NCBI GenBank assembly: GCA_963813535.1
Contig: CAWEZH010000003.1
Coordinates: forward strand, 128,001 to 192,000
Direction: 5' to 3'
Source of the DNA: an uncultured Chloroflexia bacterium
GTDB taxonomy: Bacteria; Chloroflexota; Limnocylindria; Limnocylindrales; CSP1-4
DNA: 64,000 nt
The translations under genes and the position numbers were made by a program. Under the pieces are notes generated by a model. It was given only the letters and a program-made list of their open reading frames with translations, was not told the DNA's origin and did no database searches. Positions 19,331 through 31,789 of the stretch are shown in pieces (positions within the stretch are counted from its first letter, which is position 1; each line of letters begins with the position of its first letter).

Positions 19331-19782
19331 CGGAGCGCTCCCTCGGGCGGGATGATGAAGCTCAGGACGCCTTCACAGGCGACTTCGCCATCGACCGTCG
19401 CCACCCCGCGACCCTTGCCGAACCGCGACCCCAGCTTCTCCATCGTGATCTCGAGTCGCAGCGTGTCGCCCGGCGCCACGATCCGTTTGAAGCGGACGTC
19501 GTCGATGCCGGCGAACAACCCGATCCGGTCACCGAAGCCCGGCTGCTTGGCGACATACACCGCCATCGTCTGGGCGAGTGCCTCGACCTGCAGCACGCCC
19601 GGCATGACCGGCAGGCCCGGAAAGTGGCCTGCGAAGAACCACTCGGTCGCCGTCACGCCCTTCACGCCGACGATCCGCTTCCCGTCTGCGTCGTACTCGA
19701 CGATCCGGTCGACGAGCAGGAACGGATGGCGGTGCGGGATCAGGCCTTCGATCTCGGCGGTCGTGTGGACGATGTCGGTCAC
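19327..19782 (-). CDS. fabZ: 3-hydroxyacyl-ACP dehydratase
   Basis: IPHRHPFLLVDRI and FAGHFPGLPVMPGVLQVEALAQ. Confidence 0.96.
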   Translation of the reverse strand: MTDIVHTTAEIEGLIPHRHPFLLVDRIVEYDADGKRIVGVKGVTATEWFFAGHFPGLPVMPGVLQVEALAQTMAVYVAKQPGFGDRIGLFAGIDDVRFKRIVAPGDTLRLEITMEKLGSRFGKGRGVATVDGEVACEGVLSFIIPPEGALR

Positions 19783-19867
19783 GGCTGCTCCTGGGGCGGG
19801 TGCTTCGATCAGTCTGGGCGATTCTGACCTGCGGATGCGGACCGGCGTGTGCAGGTCTGCACGACCC

Positions 19868-21238
19868 TCATGCCCGGGCGGCCGCCGCGAGGAAGGCCGC
19901 GCTGCCCACTCGATCGAGCAGGTTCGTGGTCATGCGGCCCTCGAGGAACGTCTCCGATGCGAGCAGGGCCTGGTGGATGTCGACGTTCGTCGTGATGCCC
20001 TCGATGACCAGTTCCTCGAGCGCCACCCGCCCGCGCGCGATGGCCGTCGCCCGGTCCGGGCCCCACACGATCAGCTTGCCCAGGAGCGAGTCGTAGAACG
20101 GCGGGACCTCGTAGCCGGTGAACAGGTGTGAGTCCATCCGGACACCCGGTCCGCCGGGCGCGTGATAGCGCTCGACGGTCCCGGCTCCGGGTCGGAAGTC
20201 GTGCGCCGGGTCCTCGGCGTTGATGCGGAACTCGATGGCGTGGCCGTCGAACTCGACGTCGGCCTGGGTGATGCCCAGCGGCTCGCCGGCGGCGATGCGC
20301 ATCTGCATCGCGACCAGATCGAGGCCGGTCACGCTCTCCGTCACGGGGTGCTCGACCTGGATGCGGCAGTTGATCTCGATGAAATAGAAGTCGCCCCGGC
20401 CATCGACCAGGAACTCGAGCGTGCCGACGTTCTCGTACCCGGCGGCCACCACCGCGCGCACGGCCTTCTCGGCGAGCTCCGCACGTGCCGTTTCGGACAG
20501 GGCCGGTGTCGGCGCCTCCTCCAGGATCTTCTGGTGGCGACGCTGGACCGAGCAGTCGCGCTCGCCGAGGTGCACGCCGTGCCCGTACCGGTCGACCGCC
20601 ACCTGGACCTCGACGTGGCGGTTCTCGTCGAGCCATTTCTCGAGGTACAGGGAGTCGTCGCCGAACGCCGCCTTGGCCTCGCTGCGACAGACCTTGAGCA
20701 CCAATTCGAGCTCGCGCGGCGTGCGCACCATGCGCATGCCCTTGCCGCCGCCACCCGCCGACGGCTTGACCAGCACCGGGTAGCCGATGCGCTCGGCCTC
20801 GGCCAGGGCGTGCATGTCGTCGCGCAGCATCCCGTCGGAGCCCGGGATGGTCGGCAGACCATGGGCGCCGAGCAGCTGCCGGGTGCCGGCCTTGCTGGCG
20901 AAGCGCTCGAGCACGTTGGCCGGCGGCCCGATGAACGTCATGCCGTGGGCCGCGACGACCTCGGCGAAGCCCTCGTCCTCGGACAGGAAGCCGTAGCCAG
21001 GATGGACCGCATCACAGCCGGTGACGAGGGCGGCCGAGATGACCGCCGGTGCCGAGAGGTACGACCGTTGGGCCTCCGCCGGCCCGATGCAGATGGCCTC
21101 ATCGGCGAGACCGACCGGCAGCGATTCGCGGTCGGCTTCGCTATAGGCGACGACGGCCTCGACGCCGAGCGTGCGACACGCGCGCAGGATGCGCAGCGCG
21201 ATCTCCCCGCGATTGGCGATGAGGACCTTGCGGAACAT
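19868..21238 (-). CDS. accC: Acetyl-CoA carboxylase biotin carboxylase
   Basis: KVLIANRGEIALR, HPGYGFLSE, GGGGKGMR, ERDCSVQRRHQK and RIQVEHPVTE. Confidence 0.96.
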   Translation of the reverse strand: MFRKVLIANRGEIALRILRACRTLGVEAVVAYSEADRESLPVGLADEAICIGPAEAQRSYLSAPAVISAALVTGCDAVHPGYGFLSEDEGFAEVVAAHGMTFIGPPANVLERFASKAGTRQLLGAHGLPTIPGSDGMLRDDMHALAEAERIGYPVLVKPSAGGGGKGMRMVRTPRELELVLKVCRSEAKAAFGDDSLYLEKWLDENRHVEVQVAVDRYGHGVHLGERDCSVQRRHQKILEEAPTPALSETARAELAEKAVRAVVAAGYENVGTLEFLVDGRGDFYFIEINCRIQVEHPVTESVTGLDLVAMQMRIAAGEPLGITQADVEFDGHAIEFRINAEDPAHDFRPGAGTVERYHAPGGPGVRMDSHLFTGYEVPPFYDSLLGKLIVWGPDRATAIARGRVALEELVIEGITTNVDIHQALLASETFLEGRMTTNLLDRVGSAAFLAAAARA

Positions 21239-21254
21239 CAGTCGCTGCGGGACA

Positions 21255-21839
21255 TCAGACGTTCCCGGTGCCGTTGGTCGACATCGGGACACCGAACTCG
21301 ATCATGATCAGTTCCTGGCCGTACTCCACGGCATCGCCCGGCTCGACGAGGCTGGTCCCGACGACGCCGTCGATCGGTGCGACGACCTCCTGGGCGACAC
21401 CCAGCATGTCGACGGCTCCGAGCGGGTCGCCTGCCCGCACGCGTGAGCCGGCAGTCAGGTCCTTGCGCGGTTGGAAGATCCCGACCGCGGGTGAGGTCGC
21501 GACATTCCCCGAGTCGGAGCGCACGCTCGCGTGCGATTCCGGATGCGGGTGCAGGTGCTGGGCCCGCGGCGGCCGCTCGTGACTACGCTCCTGGGAGCGC
21601 TCGCCGGTACGGTCCGTGACCCGCCGCTCCCGGCCGCCAACCGCCGTGCCACCCGGTCGGCGCAACCGGACGCGCCAGTCACCTTCCCGCACTTCGAGCT
21701 CGCCCAGGCCGGTGGCGCCCAACTTGGCGATCAGCGCCGGGAGCAGCTCGGCGGTGAGCCGGTCGATCGCGGCGTGATCCGTCGCGCGGTCGGCGTCGGC
21801 GCGCTCGGAACGGGTGTCGCGCGACAACGGTTCAGGCAC
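21255..21839 (-). CDS. BCCP-like biotinyl-domain protein lacking the biotinylated lysine
   Basis: AccB-like N-terminus (GLGELEVREGDWRVRLRR) and biotinyl fold (TSPAVGIF...APIDGVV...VEPGDAVEYGQEL). The EAMK turn reads VDMLG. Confidence 0.8.
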   Translation of the reverse strand: MPEPLSRDTRSERADADRATDHAAIDRLTAELLPALIAKLGATGLGELEVREGDWRVRLRRPGGTAVGGRERRVTDRTGERSQERSHERPPRAQHLHPHPESHASVRSDSGNVATSPAVGIFQPRKDLTAGSRVRAGDPLGAVDMLGVAQEVVAPIDGVVGTSLVEPGDAVEYGQELIMIEFGVPMSTNGTGNV

Positions 21840-21842
21840 GCG

Positions 21843-23818
<1,976 letters not shown>

Positions 23819-23819
<1 letters not shown>

Positions 23820-24271
23820 CAGACGAGCCTCGCCCTGGCGACCGCGCGGATGGCGCGCGTCATCGGATCGGCGGTGGGCCGGCCGCGTCGCCAGGCGACC
23901 CACGCGGCAGCGCCGGCGAGTGAGATCGCGGCCGGGATCAGCACGCCGCCGATGACGACGGGCCGCACCTGGCCCGGCGGGCGGGCGTCAAGGACGGCTT
24001 CGCCCGTGCGGCCTGGCTCGGGGAACTCGATGACCTCACCCGATGCTGCGTCGCCACCGGCGACCGACGCGAGCCGCGCCGCCAGGGCTTCCACGAACCG
24101 GAACGACGGGTGATAGCGCGGCAGGCCGCTCACGAGCAGGTCCGCGGTCGCGCGGAGGTCGGCCGGGATGTCGGACGGATCTCGCGGCGCGCGGGCGAGC
24201 AACGACTCGAGGTAGCGGTCGACGACGAACGCCTCGATCTCCCCATCGCGCGCCGACGGGCCGAGGGTCAC
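23819..24271 (-). CDS. Small single-TM protein, putative anti-sigma factor
   Basis: Start overlaps the sigma stop codon. It has an N-terminal helical region (PSFRFVEALAARL) and a C-terminal TM helix followed by WRRGR. Confidence 0.55.
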
Positions 24272-24906
24272 GCCCTCCCCTCGCCGCGATCGCGAAGATC
24301 GCGCGCGATCCCGCGCAGGCCTCGGTGGATCAGGACGCGGACGGCGCCCTCGGACCGCTGCAGGACCTCGGCGATCTCGGCCGTCGACATCTCGTGGACG
24401 AAGCGCAGGACGACCGCCCGTCGACGGTCTCCGGGAAGCCTGTCGACAGCACGCCAGGCCGAGGTGGCGGCCTCACGGTCGACCACGACCCGCTCGACAT
24501 CCGTCGGATCCGGCGTCGCCAACGCGAGGTCGAGCGGCGCCTCGGGGCGTCGTCGCCGGCGGCGTCGGCGCTCCGCGACGACGTTCCGGGCGATGCGGAA
24601 CAGCCAGATCCGGAACGTCGAGGCGTCGTCGCCATCCTCGGCGCGTGCACGCTCTTCGAACCGGGGCAAACCGGCGAGCGCGGACAGGAACGTCCGCTCC
24701 GTTGCGTCCTCGGCCTCGTGATGGTCACCGAGCTCGTAGACCGCGAAGTTGTACACCTGGGCCACGTACTTCCGATACAGCGCGTCGAACCGCGCGGGGT
24801 CGGCCCGTGCCGCTTCCACGAGCGACCGATCAAGGTCGAGGTGGGCGAGACGCGAGCGACCGGCCTCCTCGGGCCGCGTCGTCTTCCTCAATGCCGGACG
24901 GTCCAT
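24268..24906 (-). CDS. ECF RNA polymerase sigma factor
   Basis: FDALYRKY, EAEDATERTF, FRIWLFRIARN and LRFVHEMSTAEIAEVLQRSEGAVRVLIHRGL. Confidence 0.92.
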   Translation of the reverse strand: MDRPALRKTTRPEEAGRSRLAHLDLDRSLVEAARADPARFDALYRKYVAQVYNFAVYELGDHHEAEDATERTFLSALAGLPRFEERARAEDGDDASTFRIWLFRIARNVVAERRRRRRRRPEAPLDLALATPDPTDVERVVVDREAATSAWRAVDRLPGDRRRAVVLRFVHEMSTAEIAEVLQRSEGAVRVLIHRGLRGIARDLRDRGEGRA

Positions 24907-24910
24907 CGCG

Positions 24911-25726
24911 TTACACCCCGACCCGCTGGATCGCAACGGCGGGCGCTGCGAGGCGCACGTGGCGGACCTCGCCGACCACGACCGATCGTCGGGCCGCAGC
25001 CGCCGGTCCCTCGATGACGAGGGCGCCGGTCTCGGTGTCGACCCCGGTGGCACGGACCGGCGAACTGGCACCGTCCGGCCCGATCAGATCGATTTCGCGG
25101 CCGGTCGTCACCTGGCGGACGCTCCAGCCATCGGCGTCGAACCGGCCGGCGCGCAATGCCTCGACACCCACCTCGAGGCGGGCCAGGAATGCGTCGAGCA
25201 CGGCCCCGTGGTCGACCGCCCGAGCCGCAGCCTCGCGGAGGGACGTCATCGATCCGGCCAGCTCGGCCGGGAAAGCGTCCCGTGGCCAGTCACCGTTCAG
25301 ACCGATGCCGATGACCGCCCGTGGATCGTCCGAGCCGATGCCGTCGCTCTCGCCCAGGACGCCGGCCAGCTTCCCGACGCCATCACCTGACTCGATGACG
25401 AGGTCATTCGGCCATTTCAGGCGGATCGACCCGGCCCGGATGCCCGTGACACGCTCGGAGGCCTCGGCCATCGCCAGCGAGGTCACGGCCGCCAGGCGCC
25501 ACAGGTGCTCCGGCTGCAGCCACGCCGGCCGGAACCCGAGTGAGAGCAGCAGCGCCCCGCCGGCCGGCGCGGTCCACGTCCGACCGTCCCGCCCGCGACC
25601 GGCGGTCTGCTCGTCGGCGACGGCGAGCGCGATCTCCGGCGTCCCATCGGCCAGCCAGCTCCGGACGACGTCGTTGGTCGATCCGACGACCTCGAAATGC
25701 TCTCGGCGAGAGATGAAGGGCGGCAT
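24911..25726 (-). CDS. birA: Biotin-protein ligase (no DNA-binding HTH)
   Basis: GSTND, QTAGRGRDGRTW, LKWPNDL, KLAGVL and IGIGLN. Confidence 0.93.
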   Translation of the reverse strand: MPPFISRREHFEVVGSTNDVVRSWLADGTPEIALAVADEQTAGRGRDGRTWTAPAGGALLLSLGFRPAWLQPEHLWRLAAVTSLAMAEASERVTGIRAGSIRLKWPNDLVIESGDGVGKLAGVLGESDGIGSDDPRAVIGIGLNGDWPRDAFPAELAGSMTSLREAAARAVDHGAVLDAFLARLEVGVEALRAGRFDADGWSVRQVTTGREIDLIGPDGASSPVRATGVDTETGALVIEGPAAAARRSVVVGEVRHVRLAAPAVAIQRVGV

Positions 25727-25748
25727 GGGCTCAGGGCGATCGGCGGCG

Positions 25749-27011
25749 TCAGCCGGCCGCCGCGACCTCGACCGGTTCGGGTCGCTCGAGCTCGAACGCG
25801 TCATGCAGGGCGCGGAGGGCAGTCTCGAGCTCATCCTCGGCGATCATGCAGGTGATGCGCACCTCCGAGGTCGAGATCATCTCGATGTTGACGCCGGCGT
25901 CGGCGAGCGTGCCGAACATCCGGGCCGCGTAGCCCGGTGCGTTGTGCAGTCCCGCCCCGACGATGCTCACCTTGGCGACCGAGGCGTCCGTGGTCAGCTC
26001 GCGGGCACCGAGCTCGCGGACGACCGGATCGAGCGTCTTCTTGGCCTTGCCGAGCTCGACCTGCGGGACCGTGAACGAGAGGTCGGTCTCGCCGCCGTGG
26101 CCGACGTTCTGGACGATCATGTCGATGTTCACGCCGGCCGTCGCGAGCGGGTCGAAGATCGCGCGGGCGATGCCCGGCCGGTCCGGGACCGCGACGATCG
26201 TGACCTTCGCTACGTTCCGGTCGTGGGCAAGGCCGCGGACCTTGTTGCGCTGCTCCACGAGCGGGTCCTCCTTGATGAGCGTCCCTGGCGCGTCCTCGAA
26301 CGAGCTCAGGACCTCGATGACGACGTCGTTGATCCAGCCCAGCTCCACCGCCCGGACCTGCATGACCTGGGCGCCCTGGTGGGCGAGCTCGAGCATCTCC
26401 TCGTAGCCGATCACGGGCAGCTGGCGGGCGGGCGGCACCAGACGCGGATCGGCGGTGAAGATACCCCGGACGTCCGTGAAGACCTGGCATCGATCGGCCC
26501 GCAAGGCCGCCGCGAGGGCGACGGCCGTCGTGTCACTGCCCCCGCGACCGAGCGTCGTGAGCTCCATCTCGTGGGCCTGCTCGGCGCTCTGCCCCTGGAA
26601 ACCGGCGACGATGACGACCTTTCCGCCCTCGAGCTCGGTGCGGATGCGACGAGGTTCGACGCCCGCGATCCGGGCCCGGCCGTACGAGCCATCGGTGGTG
26701 ATGCCGGCTTGCGGTCCGGTGAGGCTGATGGCCGGGACGCCGAGCGCATGCAACGCCATCGAGAGGAGCGTCGCGCTCTGGTGCTCGCCGGTCGCGAGCA
26801 GGACGTCGAGCTCGCGCGGGTCGGGCTCGTCGGTGATGGCCGCGGCCAGGCCGAGCAACTCGTCGGTCGCGTCGCCCATGGCCGAGACGACCACGACCAG
26901 ATCGTGGCCGGCGGCGCGTTCGCGCGCGATCCGCCGGGCGACCCGCTTGATCCGGTCCGCCCCGGCGACCGATGAGCCGCCGTACTTCTGGACGACGAGG
27001 GGGCCGGGCAT
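25749..27011 (-). CDS. lysC: Aspartate kinase
   Basis: VVQKYGGSSV, VVSAMG, TTLGRGGSDTTA and two ACT domains. Start placed at the second ATG, 7 nt after TAGAAT. Confidence 0.96.
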   Translation of the reverse strand: MPGPLVVQKYGGSSVAGADRIKRVARRIARERAAGHDLVVVVSAMGDATDELLGLAAAITDEPDPRELDVLLATGEHQSATLLSMALHALGVPAISLTGPQAGITTDGSYGRARIAGVEPRRIRTELEGGKVVIVAGFQGQSAEQAHEMELTTLGRGGSDTTAVALAAALRADRCQVFTDVRGIFTADPRLVPPARQLPVIGYEEMLELAHQGAQVMQVRAVELGWINDVVIEVLSSFEDAPGTLIKEDPLVEQRNKVRGLAHDRNVAKVTIVAVPDRPGIARAIFDPLATAGVNIDMIVQNVGHGGETDLSFTVPQVELGKAKKTLDPVVRELGARELTTDASVAKVSIVGAGLHNAPGYAARMFGTLADAGVNIEMISTSEVRITCMIAEDELETALRALHDAFELERPEPVEVAAAG

Positions 27012-27077
27012 GCCGGGCATTCTACTGCCGGGTCTCGCACGCTCCGAACGTGTGGGCCGGCGAACGCCCCGCCGCGA

Positions 27078-27210
27078 ATACGCCGAAATCGTCGCATCTG
27101 ACGCTGAGATCGGCGGAACCGAGCGTGGCTGCCTTGAGCGACCTCATCCGCGCGACCGGCGTCGTGCACGAAGGCCCGCATCTCGACGCAATGCGACGAT
27201 TTCGGCGCAT
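27078..27210. repeat. Long intergenic inverted repeat (REP/MITE-like)
   Basis: CGCCGAAATCGTCGCAT (27081-27097) and its perfect reverse complement (27191-27207), with imperfect extension inward. Confidence 0.7.
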
Positions 27211-27254
27211 CGAGCGCGACACGACCAACCGCCCGCGACAGCGAGGACCTGCCC

Positions 27255-28018
27255 ATGTGCCACGACCACGACAGCCACCCGCCGATCGCCCCCATCGCCG
27301 GTGGCGCCCTCGACGGGGTGCGCGTCGAGCTCACTGCGGCGGACGGGAATCAGCTCGCGGCCTTTCGCGCTCGGCCCACGCAGCCGCGTGGCACCGGCGT
27401 GGTGATCCTCCCGGACGTCCGCGGCCTCCACCCGTTCTACGAGGAGCTCGCCCTCCGGTTCGCGGAGCACGGGGTCGATGCGATCGCGATCGACTGGTTC
27501 GGTCGAACGGCCGGCGTCGGTCGACGTGGCGAGGGCTTCGAGCACATGCCACACGTCGAGCGAACCACGTGGGACGGCAACGCGACGGATATCGCCGCGG
27601 GCGTCCAGGCGCTGCGCGACGACGGCGTCGCGTCGGTCTTCACGATCGGCTTCTGCATGGGCGGCCGGATGTCGTTCCTGGCCATCCACGCTCGAGCTCG
27701 ACCTCGCCGGCGTCATCGGGTTGTACGGGACGCTCCGAGGGTCCGTGGCGAAACGACGCTCCGGCGCCACTCGATCGACTCGACGACATCGGCTCGCCGG
27801 TCCTGGGGCTGTTCGGTGGGGCTGATGGCTCGACCACCGCCGACGCGGTCGAGGGCTTCGACCGCGGGCTGACCGACCGCGGGGTCGATCATCGAGTCGT
27901 CACCTACGCCGGGGCGCCGCACAGCTTCTTCGACCGCAAGGCGGCCGATTTCGCCAGGGAGAGCGCGGCCGCGTGGGACGAGGTCCTGGCCTTCATCGAC
28001 GCTCACTCGAGCGGCTGA
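27255..28018 (+). pseudogene. Dienelactone hydrolase family gene with two frameshifts (pseudogene or sequencing error)
   Basis: PDVRGL and GFCMGG are in one frame, LAGVIGLYGTL in a second, and PVLGLFGGAD...YAGAPHSFF...AW in a third. Confidence 0.8.
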
Positions 28019-28038
28019 GACGGAGAGCGCCGATGGGA

Positions 28039-28223
28039 CTAGCGCTTCGCGAGCGTCCAGGCTCCCGCGACGAGCAGACGAAGATCACCGCCCACAGCAA
28101 GCCGTTCGGCAGCGCTCGTTCGCCCGCGCCCACGATCCCGCGCAGCCCGGCGCCGATCGCGTCGAATGCGCCCCCGACCAGCCCGGTGATGCCGCTGCCC
28201 ACGCTTCCGGCGAGGTCGTTCAT
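28039..28223 (-). CDS. Small membrane protein with an apparent 1-nt frameshift
   Basis: MNDLAGSVGSGITGLV...LLWAVIFV continues as LLVAGAWTLAKR* if one C is added near 28077. Confidence 0.5.
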
Positions 28224-28301
28224 GCGGGAGCATGGCCGTCGGGCGACGCGCGCACCATCACCCGAGGGTCCTGGCCCGTTGACAGGTCGCCCACGCGTCG
28301 A

Positions 28302-29264
28302 TCAGGCGGTCGTGAGGACCTTCGCGCCGGCGTTGCGCGGCTCGACGACGAGCACGCGTCCTTCCAGATCGGTATCGGCTGCGATGGCGCCGAACGCGGC
28401 TTCGACGCGGGAGATGCGGGACATCGAATCGGCGAAGGCGATGATGGTCGAGCCGGCGCCGGACAGGCACGCCCCGAGCGCCCCGGCCTCGCGGGCCGCC
28501 GCGACCATCTTGGGGAACTCCGGGTAGACGCTGGCTCGGTACTGCTCGTGCAGCCGATCGACCGTCAATCTGCCCAGGATGTCGCTCCGGCCGGCCGCCA
28601 GCCCCGCGACACCGAGCGCCACCGCACCCAGGTTCGCGACAGCGTCGTCGTACGGCACCGTGGCGGGGAGGGCCTTGCGCATCGCCTCGGTCGGCAGGCG
28701 CCGCTCCGGGATGAACAGCACCGCCCGCAGGTCGCGTGGCACGTCGATCCGCAGCGCCTCCACGCCGTCCGCCGTCTGGGCGGATGCCACGAACCCTCCC
28801 AGCAGGGCCGCGGCGGCATTGTCCGGGTGCCCCTCGATCCCGGCCGCGATGCGCAATTGGGTGGCCGTGTCGAGCGGTCCGCCGAGGAGCGCGTTCGCGG
28901 CGACGACCCCGGCGACGGTCGCAGCGGCGGAGGAGCCGAGCCCGCGCGCCACCGGTATCGCGTTCCGCATGTCGATCCGCCACCCGACACCCTCGGGCAG
29001 CTCACCGCGCGCGGCGCCCATCGCCGCCTCGAGGCCACGAACGAAGCGGTTGTCGCGGTCATCGGTCAGCTCATCGCGACCCTCGCCCTCGACCGTCAGC
29101 TCGATCCGTCCACGGCTCCAGCCCCGGACCTCGACCTCGATCCGGTTCGTGATGGCGAGGGCCACGCCCAGGCAGTCGAACCCGGCACCGAGGTTCGCCG
29201 ACGAGCCGGGGACTTCGACTGACACTCGACGGCCATCGAGCTCGGCGAGCCAGTGGGCGACCAT
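28302..29264 (-). CDS. thrB: Homoserine kinase
   Basis: VPGSSANLGAGFDCLG, PVARGLGSSAA, EGHPDN and LSGAGS. Confidence 0.95.
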   Translation of the reverse strand: MVAHWLAELDGRRVSVEVPGSSANLGAGFDCLGVALAITNRIEVEVRGWSRGRIELTVEGEGRDELTDDRDNRFVRGLEAAMGAARGELPEGVGWRIDMRNAIPVARGLGSSAAATVAGVVAANALLGGPLDTATQLRIAAGIEGHPDNAAAALLGGFVASAQTADGVEALRIDVPRDLRAVLFIPERRLPTEAMRKALPATVPYDDAVANLGAVALGVAGLAAGRSDILGRLTVDRLHEQYRASVYPEFPKMVAAAREAGALGACLSGAGSTIIAFADSMSRISRVEAAFGAIAADTDLEGRVLVVEPRNAGAKVLTTA

Positions 29265-29266
29265 CG

Positions 29267-30361
29267 TCAGCTCCAGCCCAACGCGACGGCGACCGCGCCG
29301 AGGGTCGGGGCGGACTCGATCACGCCCGGCACCTGGCGCTCGGCCGTGTGCGGGTCCTTGAGACCGTGACCGGTCAGAACGGCCACCACGGTGGCGTCGG
29401 GATCGAGCGCCTCGGTCGCCGCCATCTTGCGGAGTCCTGCGACCGACGCCGCGGACGCCGGCTCGCAGAAGATGCCCTCGAGGCGGGCCACGTCGCGATA
29501 CGCCGCCAGGATCTCCTCGTCGGTGACCGCCTCGATCCGGCCGCGGCTCTCGTCGCGCGCCGCGATCGCCTTGTCCCAGGACGCGGGGGCCCCGATCCGG
29601 ATGGCCGTGGCGACGGTCTCCGGCCGCTCGATCGGCCGGCCGCGGACGAGGGGCGCCGCCCCTGCGGCCTGGAACCCCCACATGTGGGGTCGGGAGCGGA
29701 CCAGGCCGGCCTCGGCGTACTCGCGGAAACCCGCCCAGTAGGCACTGATGTTGCCGGCGTTGCCGACCGGGATCGCGAGGATGTCCGGTGCCCGGCCGAG
29801 CTCGTCGCAGACTTCGAACGCGGCGGTCTTCTGGCCGTCGAGGCGGTACGGGTTGACCGAGTTCACCAGCGTGACGGGGTGCTCGTCCTGCTCCGCCAGG
29901 GCCCGGACGATGCGCAGGGCGTCGTCGAAGTTGCCATCGACGGCCACGACCCGCGCACCCGCGGCAAGCGCCTGGAGCAGCTTCCCGAGCGCCGTCTGGC
30001 CGCGGGGCAGCACCACGATCACCTCGAGCCCGGCGGCCGCGCCGTAGGCCGCAGCCGACGCCGACGTGTTCCCGGTCGAGGCGCAGACGATGGCCCGGGC
30101 GCCCGCCTCGATCGCCTTGGCGACCGCGACGACCATGCCCCGATCCTTGAACGAGCCCGTCGGGTTCTGGCCCTCCACCTTGAGATAGAGGTGGGGCGCT
30201 CCGATCGCCCGACCGAGTCGCTCGGCCCGAACGAGCGGCGTGCCACCTTCGCCGAGGCTGAGCGAGGGCGTGGCCTCGCTGATCGGCAGGAACCGCCGGT
30301 ACCGGTCCATGAGGCGTGGTCGGCTCCCGCCGATCAAGGCCGCCGACGGCGCGTCAGTCAT
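29267..30361 (-). CDS. thrC: Threonine synthase
   Basis: [26 protein letters not shown] and PVGNAGN. Confidence 0.95.
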   Translation of the reverse strand: MTDAPSAALIGGSRPRLMDRYRRFLPISEATPSLSLGEGGTPLVRAERLGRAIGAPHLYLKVEGQNPTGSFKDRGMVVAVAKAIEAGARAIVCASTGNTSASAAAYGAAAGLEVIVVLPRGQTALGKLLQALAAGARVVAVDGNFDDALRIVRALAEQDEHPVTLVNSVNPYRLDGQKTAAFEVCDELGRAPDILAIPVGNAGNISAYWAGFREYAEAGLVRSRPHMWGFQAAGAAPLVRGRPIERPETVATAIRIGAPASWDKAIAARDESRGRIEAVTDEEILAAYRDVARLEGIFCEPASAASVAGLRKMAATEALDPDATVVAVLTGHGLKDPHTAERQVPGVIESAPTLGAVAVALGWS

Positions 30362-31622
30362 CGACCGGATAGAGGGTGACGTCGACGTCGTCGGGGAGGA
30401 TCGACTCGAACGCCGCTCGGGCCTCCGAAAGCGTGGCCGCCTCGGTCCGGATGGCGCTGCCGTCCTCGAACTCGACCGACGCTGCGCGCGCGAGGGCGCG
30501 CGGCAGCTCGCCGTCGATCGCGGGCACGGACGGGACGAAGGCGAACCAGCGACGTCGCCCGTCGAGCGGGTCGACCGCGGACACCCCGCCGCGCGTCGCG
30601 GGCGGCAGGCCCGCCCACGTCGAGCCGATGCCGCGAGCGACGGCGACGAGATCACCGAGCACCGCGCTGCTCGTCGCCGCCCCGCCGGCGCCCGGACCGG
30701 CGACGCGGATCGTGCCGAGCGGCTCCGCCTCGATCTCGATGCGGTTGGTCACGCCATCGGTCCAGCCGAACGGGCTGTCGGCCGAGACGGCGGTCGGGAT
30801 GACCGCGGCCTCGATATCGTCGCCGCGCCGGCTCGCCGAGGCGAGCAGCTTGATGGTCAGCCCGAGCGCTGCGGCGCCCTCGATCTCCTGGTCGGTCACG
30901 CCGGTGATCCCGGCGCGGCCCATGCCCCGCACGGTCGGTGGGCGACGGCCGACGCTGTCCGGCTCCAGCCAGTCCCCGAACGCGAGGCGGGCCAGGATCA
31001 CCAGCTTGTTGACGGCATCGTCGCCCTCGACGTCACCGGATGGGTCGGCCTCGGCGTAGCCCTGCTCCTGCGCCTCGCGGAGCACATCGTCATACGGCTG
31101 GCCGTCCTGGGCCATGGCCGTGAGGATGTAGTTGGTCGTGCCGTTGACGATGCCGCGGACACGCACGATGTCATTGCCCGCCAGGTCCGCGGCGAGTGGG
31201 GCCAGGATTGGGATGCCACCCGCGACAGCGGCCTCGAACCGGAACGCCGCCCCCGTCCGCCGTGCGGCGGCTTCCAGCTCAGGGCCGTGGTGAGCGATGA
31301 CCGACTTGTTCGCGGTGACGACGGGCTTCCCCGCACCGAGCGCGGCGGTGATCAGCGTGCGCGCCGGCTCGAGGCCACCCATGAGCTCGACGATGATGTC
31401 GGTGTCTGGATCCGCGACCACGTGCGCCGGGGCGTCGCTGAGGAGGTCCATGCCGAGACCGTCTCGCGCCTTGCCGAGGTCACGCACCACGACCGCGGTG
31501 AGCACGAGCGCTGGCGCGTCGGCAGTGGCGAGTCGATCCGGATGATGGAGCAGGCCATCGAGCACCGCGCCGCCGACCGTGCCCGCCCCAAGGACGGCGA
31601 CACGCAGGGGCGGACGACTCAT
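30354..31622 (-). CDS. hom: Homoserine dehydrogenase
   Basis: [38 protein letters not shown] and GPGAGG. Confidence 0.95.
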   Translation of the reverse strand: MSRPPLRVAVLGAGTVGGAVLDGLLHHPDRLATADAPALVLTAVVVRDLGKARDGLGMDLLSDAPAHVVADPDTDIIVELMGGLEPARTLITAALGAGKPVVTANKSVIAHHGPELEAAARRTGAAFRFEAAVAGGIPILAPLAADLAGNDIVRVRGIVNGTTNYILTAMAQDGQPYDDVLREAQEQGYAEADPSGDVEGDDAVNKLVILARLAFGDWLEPDSVGRRPPTVRGMGRAGITGVTDQEIEGAAALGLTIKLLASASRRGDDIEAAVIPTAVSADSPFGWTDGVTNRIEIEAEPLGTIRVAGPGAGGAATSSAVLGDLVAVARGIGSTWAGLPPATRGGVSAVDPLDGRRRWFAFVPSVPAIDGELPRALARAASVEFEDGSAIRTEAATLSEARAAFESILPDDVDVTLYPVDD

Positions 31623-31789
31623 CGGTGGGGCTCGCGACGGGGGCGCGCATCGCGTCGAATGGTAGCCCGCCACTGGGCGGCCGGAGCGACGCGGATCAGC
31701 AGCTCGCCCGACCGCGGCGACGCGACCGAGGGCCGCCGATGGGCGGCCCTCGGTCGTCGCACTCCCCCAACGGCCCGCGTGAGGCGGGC

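Noticed and set aside
27020-27250. Lysine riboswitch or T-box upstream of lysC
   Set aside because: No consensus elements are seen, and the -10 element sits 7 nt from the start, leaving no leader.
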